Positions 15,502 to 24,566 of a stretch of DNA of 32,000 nucleotides are shown here, piece by piece (positions within the stretch are counted from its first letter, which is position 1; the number at the start of each line of letters is the position of its first letter). Below the pieces are notes generated by a model. It was given only the letters and a program-made list of their open reading frames with translations. It ran no database searches and had not been told where the DNA came from. The position numbers and the translations under genes were made by a program. The stretch comes from Wolbachia endosymbiont of Drosophila innubila (lineage in GTDB: Bacteria; Pseudomonadota; Alphaproteobacteria; Rickettsiales; Anaplasmataceae), in NCBI RefSeq assembly GCF_021378375.1, contig NZ_CP076228.1, forward strand, positions 60,001 to 92,000, written 5' to 3'.

Positions 15502-16287
15502 ATGAATGACGAAAACCTTTTCGAGGAAGACGGTGATAATATTGAAGAAAATAACGATGATAAAAGAGAGAGAAGTTTAGAAAATGAAAATCAGCAAAAT
15601 CAAGAAGAACAACACAAAGAGGAAGATAAGCAATACATAATACAGTATATTCAAGACTATTTGAAAGTTTTTGAGGATATTCTAAATCAGGTCGACGAAG
15701 GAATTGATAATTCGGATAGTTACGAAAGGACTATGCAAATAAAGCGAAGCATAGACAGGCTCATAGAGACTTTATATAGTCAGGCTGCGTCCGAAGATAT
15801 TGATGCAGAATTTGAAACTACCAAACACACTCGCGATAAATCAGAATCTATGAAAAGAGTTAGAGAGAAGAGAAGAAAGCAAGTGATAGAAGAAGTATTA
15901 AGTAGCATGTTTGCCCAGCAACAAAAGGAGCTAATGAACGCTAAACACTTAAGTCATGGACATGAAACAGCAAAAGATGGGGATGTCCACGAAGCAAAGG
16001 AAAAAGTGAAGTCTTCAATCAGGGGAGTGTTGTTTTCGGTGATTGCTCATAGGATGGATCCAAGAAGGAGGGCAGGGGAAACTGCTGACGGTAACGAAAA
16101 GCAAGCTCATATATATGGCAGGGAAGCAGTTGGTGGAGCTTTAGGTGCATTGTTAAAAACGTTTTTAACAGCAGTTATTGCCGTTGTGCGTGAAATTGCT
16201 AAGCCACTTCAGAAACCGGAAACATCTTTTGCAAAACAAGTTGAAGAAAGCAGAAACGCAGATTCACAAAAGGGTCGATCTGTGTAG
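15502..16287 (+). CDS. Hypothetical protein: acidic N-terminus, basic/helical middle, hydrophobic helix near the C-terminus
   Basis: ORF only. MNDENLFEEDGDNIEENNDD.. at the N-terminus and ..GREAVGGALGALLKTFLTAVIAVVREIA.. near the C-terminus. No family recognised. Confidence 0.5.
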   Translation: MNDENLFEEDGDNIEENNDDKRERSLENENQQNQEEQHKEEDKQYIIQYIQDYLKVFEDILNQVDEGIDNSDSYERTMQIKRSIDRLIETLYSQAASEDIDAEFETTKHTRDKSESMKRVREKRRKQVIEEVLSSMFAQQQKELMNAKHLSHGHETAKDGDVHEAKEKVKSSIRGVLFSVIAHRMDPRRRAGETADGNEKQAHIYGREAVGGALGALLKTFLTAVIAVVREIAKPLQKPETSFAKQVEESRNADSQKGRSV

Positions 16288-16560
16288 ATTTCTCCTTGTA
16301 ATAATCTTTCGATTCTACTGTCTGTTAATTCAAATTAGGGTTATAAAATTTTAGAAGCCAGCTCTTATATAACCAATTTATAGCAAGAAATTACGATACA
16401 AAAATCAGCGTCCGTTAGAAAATAAACATAACACAGGGTGATAGAGTTGCCCCTATCCATAAGCGTCAGTTAAGCTCAAAATTGTAAGCTTAAAATATGG
16501 TTAAATAATTATTAATAATAGTATATAATTATTAACGTTTTTCAGGCATTTTTGTTATGG

Positions 16561-16707
16561 GTGCGCCAAGTAAGCGTTTAGAATACAGTTGGTGAAAATC
16601 CAACTTAGGCAAAGTCTAGCCAACAGCCTAGAACAGACCATTATGCTGCGTGAAGTAACGAGCGTAGTAAAGCTAATGGAATGGACAATATAGGGTGCAA
16701 TGAAAAA
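16561..16707 (+). mobile_element. Diverged group II intron 5' fragment (domain I start), truncated by IS insertion
   Basis: GTGCGCCAAGTAAGCG..GTTGGTGAAAATCCAAC..CCATTATGCTGCGT..ACGAGCGTAGTAAAGCTAATGGAATGGACAA.ATAGGGTGCAA.GAAA aligns with intron nt 1-~146, with roughly one mismatch in seven by eye. It ends exactly at the IS terminus at 16708. Confidence 0.85.
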
Positions 16708-16793
16708 TGACCTTACCCAGAAAAAGTGGAGAGAAAGTGTGGAATGTTTTTTACAAAAAGAATGATGCATCAAATTGTTCTGGAATGCAATAG

Positions 16794-17581
16794 TTAATAG
16801 TGACGTTGTTTGTTATAAAAAATTTCTATGTATTCAAATATTGCAGTTCTAGTTTGTTGAGCAGAGTGTTGTGAAGTATCAATAAGTATTTCTCTTTTCA
16901 ATGAGCTAAAGAAGCTTTCTGCAACAGAATTGTCGTAACAACAGCCTTTATTACTCATCTATATTCTTTACAGCTAAGAGATATTGATACCCTTGCGCAG
17001 TATATTGTGAACCTTGGTCACTGTGCAGCAGTAGATTTTTAACAGGTTTACGCCTATTAATGGCCATTAATAAAGAGTTCATAACCAATTGTTTATTTAT
17101 TGCACTACTCATTAACTACCATACGTGAGAATTATTGCTGCCAAATATAGCCATCCCTCCTTGGTTTTGATGTAAGTAATCCCATACTTTATTTGGTTGA
17201 TCAACAATAAAGTTTTGATCTAGTATATTGGGAGCTACAGCTCTATTATCTGTTTGTTGTTTTTTAATTTTAAACTTTCTTCTCAGTATAGCCCTGATGT
17301 CATTTTTCTGCATAATACTTTGCACCGTTTTCAAATTGCAACTTTTACCCAAAGCCTTCAATTCAGCATGAATTTTAGGAGCTCCATATCTACATTTAGA
17401 AACTTGATATATTTTTGAATAGCTGCGAGTAGCTCTTTATTTGCTGATTCTCTACTGCTTATTTTTCTTGTGGTCCACTTATAGTAGCCACTAGCAGAAA
17501 ATCCTACATAATTCCTGTACTTTATAGCAGTTACTATATAAAAAAATATTTTACTCTTTTTGACTGGCCAGGGCTTTTTTT
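16794..17581 (-). pseudogene. IS3-family transposase OrfB remnants, multiply frameshifted
   Basis: The longest piece, 17116-17361, reads MKALGKSCNLKTVQSIMQKNDIRAILRRKF..APNILDQNFIVDQPNKVW.. The frame breaks are shared with copy A. Confidence 0.75.
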
Positions 17582-17827
17582 TTAATGTCTCTTTCCCTTG
17601 TTACTCTTGCTTTGTAAATCAAACCTCTCTTTGTCATAAGGTGCTACATCTGGAAATGCATTTGCCGCCGACTTTTTTTCGTTGTGTTTCTTTATCCATT
17701 TTCCTAATACACTATCCCTTATTCCTAGATCTCTTGCTACTTTTGCAACTGGTTGACCTACCTTTCTTTGTTCATTTGCCAGTTTAACAGCTTCCAATTT
17801 GAATTCTGCTGTATATTCTCTTACCAT
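17582..17827 (-). CDS. IS3-family transposase OrfA (identical to the copy A product)
   Basis: The 81-aa translation is identical to 2915-3160. Confidence 0.85.
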   Translation of the reverse strand: MVREYTAEFKLEAVKLANEQRKVGQPVAKVARDLGIRDSVLGKWIKKHNEKKSAANAFPDVAPYDKERFDLQSKSNKGKRH

Positions 17828-17989
17828 TTCTAATCCTCCAAAATTTTATTTTACCCAAAAAAACTCTTTTCTTTCTCTCCACTTTTTCTGGGTAAGGTCA
17901 GTTTACTGGCCTCTCCATGAGTGAGATTGAAAAATTAAGTGTGAACGGTTACCTTGGATGACAGAAAAGAGTGTTGGAAGGAGGCAATA

Positions 17990-19162
17990 TTAAAAACTTA
18001 ATTTCAGTCCAGCCAAGAGCACATAACCAGAGTTGTTATTTTCTATTTTAGGTTCTTTGGTACTAAATTTTACAATATCGAAATAGTATGAAGTACCTAA
18101 AAAAAGAGAATTTTCAAGGCTTAAAGCATATGATGTTAACTCGTTTGTACCTTCGCCTGCAATATCCCTACCACTACTAAAATATGTTAAGCTTGATTTG
18201 TAAGAATCAGAATGGTAAGCGATACCTGCATTCATATAATACGTATTATTTATTTCAGGATTACGCCTCTCACCAGATTCATCACCATTACCATACGAAA
18301 AAATGCAATCAAGATCGAACAATTTTAGCTTCAAACCAAAATTCCAGTGCAGTAATTGATTGCGACATTCATAATTTTTAGAAGTTCCATCTGAGCAACC
18401 AGTTAAATTTTCTCTTGCAAATTCACCAGTCAAAGCAGTAGTAAAACCTATATCATTTGACAAGCTGTTTTTATAGGAAAGGCCAGCAGCAATTAAATTG
18501 CTGTACTGTAAGTTATTTTTTCCTGGAACATAACTGAATCCGAGTTGAAAGTTATAGATTTCAGGGGAGATGTAGTTAATTGATGATTGTTTTAACCCTA
18601 GTTCGAGTTCATTATAATCGCTATAAATATTGGGCTTGACCCAGAACACCTTGTCTTGATTATATCCAGGGTCACCATCTTTTTTATGATCACCGCGCAA
18701 ATTTGCATAGTTTGTCCAATGACCATTTACTCCTCCAGCAGCTGCATAAATTTTTGAAGTGTTAATTAACATGCTCTGACCAACTAAACTTCTTTTACCA
18801 TATTCAATTGATCCAAGTTCCTGGTTTTTTATGATAAAATACCATTCCTCCATGTCTAACTTTTCTATGTCTAACGCTTTTAGGTTTGCAATACCAGAAA
18901 CCCCTGCCTTAACATTAACCCCCATTTGAGTATTTGGATAAACTTGCTGTAAATAAAGAAAGCGCAAGTATGAATAACTTGAAGTTTTATCCTTAGGCTT
19001 AGCATTGAAAGAATCTCTGTTGAAGGCGTAGCCGAATCTCAAATCTACTTTTCCGTCTAGTTCTGCATAAAATATTTCCTTATCCAAAATTGTTTTAGAG
19101 CTAGCACTATTCTGCAAAAACAATGATGAAAGCAGTACTACCAGGTAGTACTTTAACTTCAT
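17990..19162 (-). CDS. Outer-membrane porin-like beta-barrel protein
   Basis: Signal peptide MKLKYYLVVLLSSLFLQNSASS, abundant Y/G/N alternating strands, and C-terminal ..LLAGLKLSF. The ATG at 19162 is preferred over the ORF-track start at 19204. Confidence 0.65.
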   Translation of the reverse strand: MKLKYYLVVLLSSLFLQNSASSKTILDKEIFYAELDGKVDLRFGYAFNRDSFNAKPKDKTSSYSYLRFLYLQQVYPNTQMGVNVKAGVSGIANLKALDIEKLDMEEWYFIIKNQELGSIEYGKRSLVGQSMLINTSKIYAAAGGVNGHWTNYANLRGDHKKDGDPGYNQDKVFWVKPNIYSDYNELELGLKQSSINYISPEIYNFQLGFSYVPGKNNLQYSNLIAAGLSYKNSLSNDIGFTTALTGEFARENLTGCSDGTSKNYECRNQLLHWNFGLKLKLFDLDCIFSYGNGDESGERRNPEINNTYYMNAGIAYHSDSYKSSLTYFSSGRDIAGEGTNELTSYALSLENSLFLGTSYYFDIVKFSTKEPKIENNNSGYVLLAGLKLSF

Positions 19163-19224
19163 AAATAAACTTAAATCTTTATAAAAATTTAAGTTTAAAC
19201 TCAATATAAATAAAAAACAACTTT

Positions 19225-20040
19225 TCAGAAGGCACCGCTGGTAGATTTTGCTGCCTGTTTTTGAGCTATATTCCCATAAATTATTGATACACTTGGTAAT
19301 TTTCGCTTTAATAACTGCTTATTAATGGCAGAATGTATACGATTAATTATTTTAGATATACTTTTTACATCGCAGTTAATCAAAACAAAAAGCACTTTAT
19401 TCTCATCAATATACCCTAGAAAATCATCACTACGGCAATTTTTATAAAAATGTTCTATGATAACTTTCAGTGCATTATTTGTCTCACTACAGCTACTATT
19501 TAAGCCAATCACTCCTATAGCTGCATTAATTTGATGTTGAAAGGCAAAATTTAATATAACGTATAACTCTAGAATAGTGGACTCATTGCCCGGTATATCG
19601 AATAAGTCATGGTTTTTATATTTTTTACCCATTAGATATTTATCTCTAAAGATTCCTAGTTTATGGGACAAACTGATATCACGTATTAATAGCTCATAAT
19701 TTATTTTATTACTGGCAAATTGTGCAGTGCGGAAAACTTTTACTTTTATCCTGATATCTTCTCCCTTAGCATCAATTAAGGAAAAATCTATCACTTTAGG
19801 TAGTATATCAAGTAAATCGTGTCCATTTTCGGTATACTCTAAATAATTCTTCACGTTGTCAGCTGCTCTTGTGCTTAAGATATTAATTAATGGCTTATTA
19901 AGCAAATTCTTCTCTTCATATTTTAACAAATCCCTTGCAACTTGATTGAGCCCTAAAATTAACACGTTTTTTTTCTTATTATCCTGATAAACAGATACCA
20001 CAGCATCATCTTTTCTTCTTGCAGTTATGAAATCATCCAT
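19225..20040 (-). CDS. Hypothetical protein with PAS-like N-terminal half and degenerate GGDEF-like C-terminal half
   Basis: ..ILGLNQVARDLLKYEEKNLLNKPLINILS.. is PAS-like. ..CRSDDFLGYIDENKVLFVLINCDVKSISKIINRIHSAI.. aligns by eye to R..D.laRyGGDEFa.ll....... A...a.ri...i, with GGDEF replaced by IDENK. Confidence 0.45.
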   Translation of the reverse strand: MDDFITARRKDDAVVSVYQDNKKKNVLILGLNQVARDLLKYEEKNLLNKPLINILSTRAADNVKNYLEYTENGHDLLDILPKVIDFSLIDAKGEDIRIKVKVFRTAQFASNKINYELLIRDISLSHKLGIFRDKYLMGKKYKNHDLFDIPGNESTILELYVILNFAFQHQINAAIGVIGLNSSCSETNNALKVIIEHFYKNCRSDDFLGYIDENKVLFVLINCDVKSISKIINRIHSAINKQLLKRKLPSVSIIYGNIAQKQAAKSTSGAF

Positions 20041-20627
20041 ACTTTCATTCTATACAGCGTATTTATAAGTATAATAAGATTATATTAAGATTTACTTACT
20101 TATTAATATGCTTAATTGGGTATAGACAGAATGTGTGCGCCAAGAAGTGCGTAAGGAACAGTTGGTGAAAATCCAACACGGGTAAAGCTTAGCCGGCAAC
20201 CTGGAACAAACCATTATGCTGCGTAAGGTAACGAGCGTAGTAAAGCTAATGGAATGGACAACATAGGGTGCAACGAAAGTGAAGGTATTGAGTCCCGTAA
20301 TTCACGCGTCATGGGGGCTGACACTTTACATTTGGTGGAAGGCAACATGGGTAATAACGCTAAGGCAAGATATTACTCACCTCATCGGGATCGAAGGCCG
20401 CGTCATGTGTTGAGATGGACCTTACGTGAACTTGGGAGATCCTTTGTATTCCTGTAAGGGTACTCTGGAACAAGTCAATAAAGGCGAGGACTGGAGGAAG
20501 ATGCAAAGGAAGTCGGACTAATTGATAGTACTCGGAGTGTGGGAAAGCCACATACAAGGGGAAGCGGTTAGCAATATAGTGACTGGTATAGGGATTGCTA
20601 TACCAATACAACAGAGATTAGAGGAGT

Positions 20628-21941
20628 ATGCAAGGAAAACTAAACCAGATAGCAGTAAGGGCTAAGCAAGATAAGCGAGTAAAATTTACATCATTAGTTC
20701 ATTTGATTAATGAAGAGAATCTTGCAGAGTGTTATAAGGAACTAAAACGCAACAAGGCTTGTAGTATAGATCGTGTGACAGTGGAAGCTTATGGAGAAAA
20801 TCTAGAAGAGAAACTTAAAACACTAGTGGATAGTATGAAGAGAAAACAATATCAACCGCTACCAGTGAAAAGGGTATACATACCCAAAGCCGGGAGCAAA
20901 GAGAAGCGCGGTCTCGGAATACCATCAACGGAAGATAAGTTGGTACAGGTAATGCTAAAGAAGATATTAGAAAATATTTATGAAGCAAACTTTATGGACA
21001 GCTCGTATGGATTTCGACCAGGAAGAAATTGTCATCAGGCGATAAACGCTCTAGATAAAGCAGTTATGCACAAACCAATTAACTATATTGTAGAAGTGGA
21101 TATCAAGAAGTTCTTTGATAATGTTCAACATAAATGGCTAATGAATTGTCTAAGGAACGAATAGCTGACCCAAATTTATTGTGGTTAATAAAACGATTTC
21201 TAAAGGCAGGAATAGTCGAAGTTGGATGTTATAAAGCAACCGATCAAGGCACACCACAAGGTGGTATAGTAAGCCCTGTATTAGCTAATATATACTTACA
21301 CTATGTGCTGGACTTATGGTTTGAAAAGAAATTTAAGCCAAAAGCCAGAGGATATTTACAGCTAATAAGGTTTTGCGACGATTTTGTAGTTGGCTGCGAG
21401 AGGGAAGAAGACGCAAAAGAATTTCTAGAATTACTGAAACAAAGACTAAGTAAATTTGGGTTGGAAATAGCTGAAAATAAAACAAAAAATAGTAAAGTTT
21501 GGTAAGAAAGAATGGTATCAAGCAGAAAGAGAGAAACGTAGGACGGCTAGCTTCAACTTTCTAGGATTTACACATTATTGTGGAAAAAGTCGTAATGGTA
21601 AACTTATGATGAAGCAGAAAACTTCAAAAATAAGCCTAGCCAGAAAGATTAAAGAAATCAAAGAATGGTTGAAGATGGTACGAAGTCGTATCTGTTTCAA
21701 AGATTGGTGGCAGAAACTTAAAGCCAAACTAACAGGACACTATAGCTACTTCGGAGTTAGCGGAAATTATCGGTGTTTGATTCAATTCTATCGACCGGTA
21801 ACAAAGTTAGCATTTAAGTGGATAAACCGACGTAGTCAAAAGAAAAGTATGGATTGGGAACAATTTATACACTATTTAAAAGTAAATCCATTACCAAAAC
21901 CAAAGGTATATGTTTCTTTATACACAGGAGCACTAGTGTGA
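20628..21941 (+). pseudogene. Group II intron RT/maturase (IEP), copy 2; two frameshifts in the RT region
   Basis: The frame breaks at GG 21154-21155 (GGG in copy 1) and at the A6 run 21484-21489 (A5 in copy 1). The C-terminal X-domain piece 21606-21941 is intact. Confidence 0.85.
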
Positions 21942-21954
21942 ACGCTGTATTGTG

Positions 21955-21987
21955 GAGCCGTGTGCGGGAAATCCGCAAGCACGGTTC
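21955..21987 (+). ncRNA. Group II intron domain V, copy 2
   Basis: Same 33-nt hairpin as 13914-13946. Confidence 0.9.
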
Positions 21988-22190
21988 TTTTGGGGAGACT
22001 ATGGTTATGAGACCAAATCGCTGGTTTCAAGGTCATGAGTCTCTACCAGACCATATGGAATGGCTTTGTTGTAGAAGAATCAAGATTACTGTTTATAGAC
22101 TTCAAGTTACTGCAAAAAATATTTTAAAACATAGTGATATCTTGACTTTACCTAGTTAATATTCCAAATTATAAAAAAACAGATAGTTCT

Positions 22191-22976
22191 ATGACGACAA
22201 GTCTATTACAAGGCAAAAAGGGATTAATAACCGGAATAATAAATAAGAGATCAATAGCATACGGTATAGCAAAAACTCTCTCAGAGCACGGAGCAGAACT
22301 TGCAATCACCTACCAGAATGAAATAATAAAAGAAAAACTATCACCAATAGCAGATGAACTAAATGTGGAGCTAATATTACACTGCGACGTTTCAAATGAA
22401 AAAATCATAGATAACGCTTTCGAAATAATAGAGAAAAAATGGGGTACTCTTGACTTTTTGGTGCATGCAATAGCATTCTCCGATAAAAATGAGTTAGATG
22501 GTAAATATGTCAATGCTTCACTGGATAACTTCCTCAATGCAATGCATATATCGTGCTATTCTTTTACTGCTTTAGCGCAAAGGGCTGAAAAAATGATGTC
22601 AAATGGTGGTAGTTTACTTACTTTATCTTATTATGGCGCTGAAAAAGTTATGCCAAATTATAACGTTATGGGTTTATGTAAAGCGGCACTTGAAGCAAGT
22701 GTAAAATATATAGCATGTGATCTCGGGCCACAAAATATCAGAGTAAATGCAATTTCCGCTGGTCCAATCAGAACTTTAGCATCTTCTGGAATAAGCGATT
22801 TTCACTCCATATCAGAATGGAATAGAAATAACTCTCCGCTCAGACGCAATGTTACAATAGAGGATGTTGGCAAGGCAGCGTTATACTTATTAAGCGACTT
22901 AAGTAGTGGCACTACTGGAGAAATTTTGCACGTTGATTCAGGATATAACGTTGTGGGAATGAAGGTGGTTGACTGA
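22191..22976 (+). CDS. fabI: Enoyl-[acyl-carrier-protein] reductase (NADH)
   Basis: ..LQGKKGLITGIINKRSIAYGIAK.. and ..LVHAIAFSDK..YNVMGLCKAALEASVKY.. give the FabI SDR signature with the Y-x6-K catalytic motif. Confidence 0.93.
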   Translation: MTTSLLQGKKGLITGIINKRSIAYGIAKTLSEHGAELAITYQNEIIKEKLSPIADELNVELILHCDVSNEKIIDNAFEIIEKKWGTLDFLVHAIAFSDKNELDGKYVNASLDNFLNAMHISCYSFTALAQRAEKMMSNGGSLLTLSYYGAEKVMPNYNVMGLCKAALEASVKYIACDLGPQNIRVNAISAGPIRTLASSGISDFHSISEWNRNNSPLRRNVTIEDVGKAALYLLSDLSSGTTGEILHVDSGYNVVGMKVVD

Positions 22977-22992
22977 GATCTAAATCCTTAAT

Positions 22993-24498
22993 TCAAAGCG
23001 CTAGTTCCTTCGGGTTCATACACAACTCTATCAGGAGTTTTGTGACTGTGATTGCAGAAAACATCGAACATAAAATTCCTATTGATAGAGTGACAGAAAA
23101 GCCTCTTATTGCTCCACTGCCAATAATGAACATTATTCCTGCAGCAATTAATGTAGTGATATTTGAATCCAGTATTGTCTTTATAGCGTTTTTAAACCCT
23201 TCTTCAATAGCACGTTCCACTCTCTTGCCAGATTTGATTTCCTCACGAATTCGCTCAAATATTAAAACATTTGCATCCACCGCCATACCAACAGTAAGTG
23301 CAATACCGGCAATTCCAGGTAAAGTTAGAGTTGCTTCAAGCAGAGTGAGAATTGATAATATAAGAACTACATTAGAAAAAAGTGCAATAGAGGCCAATAC
23401 ACCTAATTTGCCGTAAGTGATGATTATAAATAAAGCCACGGCTATAATAGAGATTGTTGCTGCCATTTCCCCTGCCTTTATTGATTCTTCTCCAAGACTT
23501 GGGCCAATGTTTTTTTCTTCAATTATTTTAAGTGGTGCTGGCAGTGCTCCAGATTTTAAAAGTATTGCAAGTTCGCTTGCTTGTTTTTCAGTGAAATTAC
23601 CGCTAATTTCTCCCTCTCCATTTAAAATTGGCTCACGTATTGTAGGTACTGTTAAAACTGTGTTATCCAGAACAATTGCAAAAGGCTTTCCTACATTTTC
23701 TTTAGTGATTTTCGCGAATCTTTTACTCGCTATACTGTCAAATTTAAAATGCACTGTCGGTTTACCTAAATTGCCGAATCTAACTGATGCGTTAACCAGC
23801 GAATCACCACCTATTTCAGTTTTGCGGAATATTGGATAAGAATTACCTAAAGAATCCTTGAGCATGACAGTGGTTTCATGGTCTATATCCTGCACCTTGG
23901 CTATGTTAGTGTTTGCCAAATGAAAAGCTAGCTTAGCAGTTTTGCCAAGCAGAGATTTTATCTGCTTGGTATCTTCTACTCCAGGCACCTGCACTAATAT
24001 TTTATTCTGCCCTTGTTTTTGAATGCTGACTTCCTTTGTGCCAAGTTTGTCCAAACGGCGCTGGACATTGTTTATTGATTCTGCAGCTACTTCACTGATC
24101 AAAGAATTTTTATAATGTGGTTTATACGAAATGAGAATCGAAGAATCTTTTCTATTTAGCTCTAAATTTGGATTTATCGCATTAATCAACACAGATGCTT
24201 TTTTATAATCATCAATACTATTTAAAGTTATAACGCTATTTTGTACGTTAGATTCAATATTTTTTGTTAGCAATGTCTCTTTTATTTCGTTAGCTAGCAT
24301 GCTTAGCTTTTCCTTAAAATAGAAGTCTAAGTCTATGTTTAAAAGCAAAGATGCCCCTCCTTTCAGGTCAAGGCCTAAGTTTATTCTTTTTTTCGAAATA
24401 AAAAGCTTATTATCAAAGAAATTTGGCAGTGTTATGTATAAAGCAAATAAACAGATGCATAATACTGAAAAAGATTTGACTATAAGTCTGTTATACAT
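22993..24498 (-). CDS. secD: Protein translocase subunit SecD
   Basis: ..LGLDLKGGASLLL.., ..GKPFAIVLDNTVLTVPTI.. and C-terminal multi-TM ..GIAGIALTVGMAVDANVLIFERIREE.. Confidence 0.92.
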   Translation of the reverse strand: MYNRLIVKSFSVLCICLFALYITLPNFFDNKLFISKKRINLGLDLKGGASLLLNIDLDFYFKEKLSMLANEIKETLLTKNIESNVQNSVITLNSIDDYKKASVLINAINPNLELNRKDSSILISYKPHYKNSLISEVAAESINNVQRRLDKLGTKEVSIQKQGQNKILVQVPGVEDTKQIKSLLGKTAKLAFHLANTNIAKVQDIDHETTVMLKDSLGNSYPIFRKTEIGGDSLVNASVRFGNLGKPTVHFKFDSIASKRFAKITKENVGKPFAIVLDNTVLTVPTIREPILNGEGEISGNFTEKQASELAILLKSGALPAPLKIIEEKNIGPSLGEESIKAGEMAATISIIAVALFIIITYGKLGVLASIALFSNVVLILSILTLLEATLTLPGIAGIALTVGMAVDANVLIFERIREEIKSGKRVERAIEEGFKNAIKTILDSNITTLIAAGIMFIIGSGAIRGFSVTLSIGILCSMFSAITVTKLLIELCMNPKELAL

Positions 24499-24566
24499 AA
24501 GTTGTAGGTTTAAAATTGTAATAATTGATTGTAAGTTAAAAATAGATTTTTGTAAAATTCTCTATT

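Larger units (their letters stand above)
16708..17900 (-). mobile_element. IS3-family insertion sequence, decayed copy B (1193 bp)
   Basis: Same 30-bp IRs and same sequence as copy A, except for six 1-nt homopolymer length differences. Confidence 0.88.
20135..22054 (+). mobile_element. Group II intron, full-length copy 2
   Basis: Identical to copy 1 apart from three 1-nt homopolymer indels. Domain V lies at 21955-21987. The 3' boundary is uncertain by about 4 nt. Confidence 0.9.

Noticed and set aside
14040-16287. WO-type prophage segment, or cif/toxin cargo adjacent to phage genes
   Set aside because: The genes present are of the non-contractile siphovirus/GTA type. There are no baseplate, sheath, recombinase, lysis or eukaryotic-association-module-like genes, and no large multidomain toxin ORFs in the window.
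17901-17989. Possible remaining 3' part of the diverged intron to the right of IS copy B (AGTGTGAACGG resembles ACTAGTGTGAACGCTG near intron domain V)
   Set aside because: Only an ~11-nt match is present, and no domain V or VI sequence follows. This is too weak to call.
23042-23839. ORFs antisense to secD (23042-23416, 23417-23839); similar antisense ORFs in guaB (26095-27105), dprA (29730-30221), tolC, fabI, tpiA, the HU/IHF-like gene, rpsI, the porin-like gene and the orphan ORF (31313-31678)
   Set aside because: They lie entirely within well-supported genes on the opposite strand and have low-complexity, hydrophobic mirror-image compositions.
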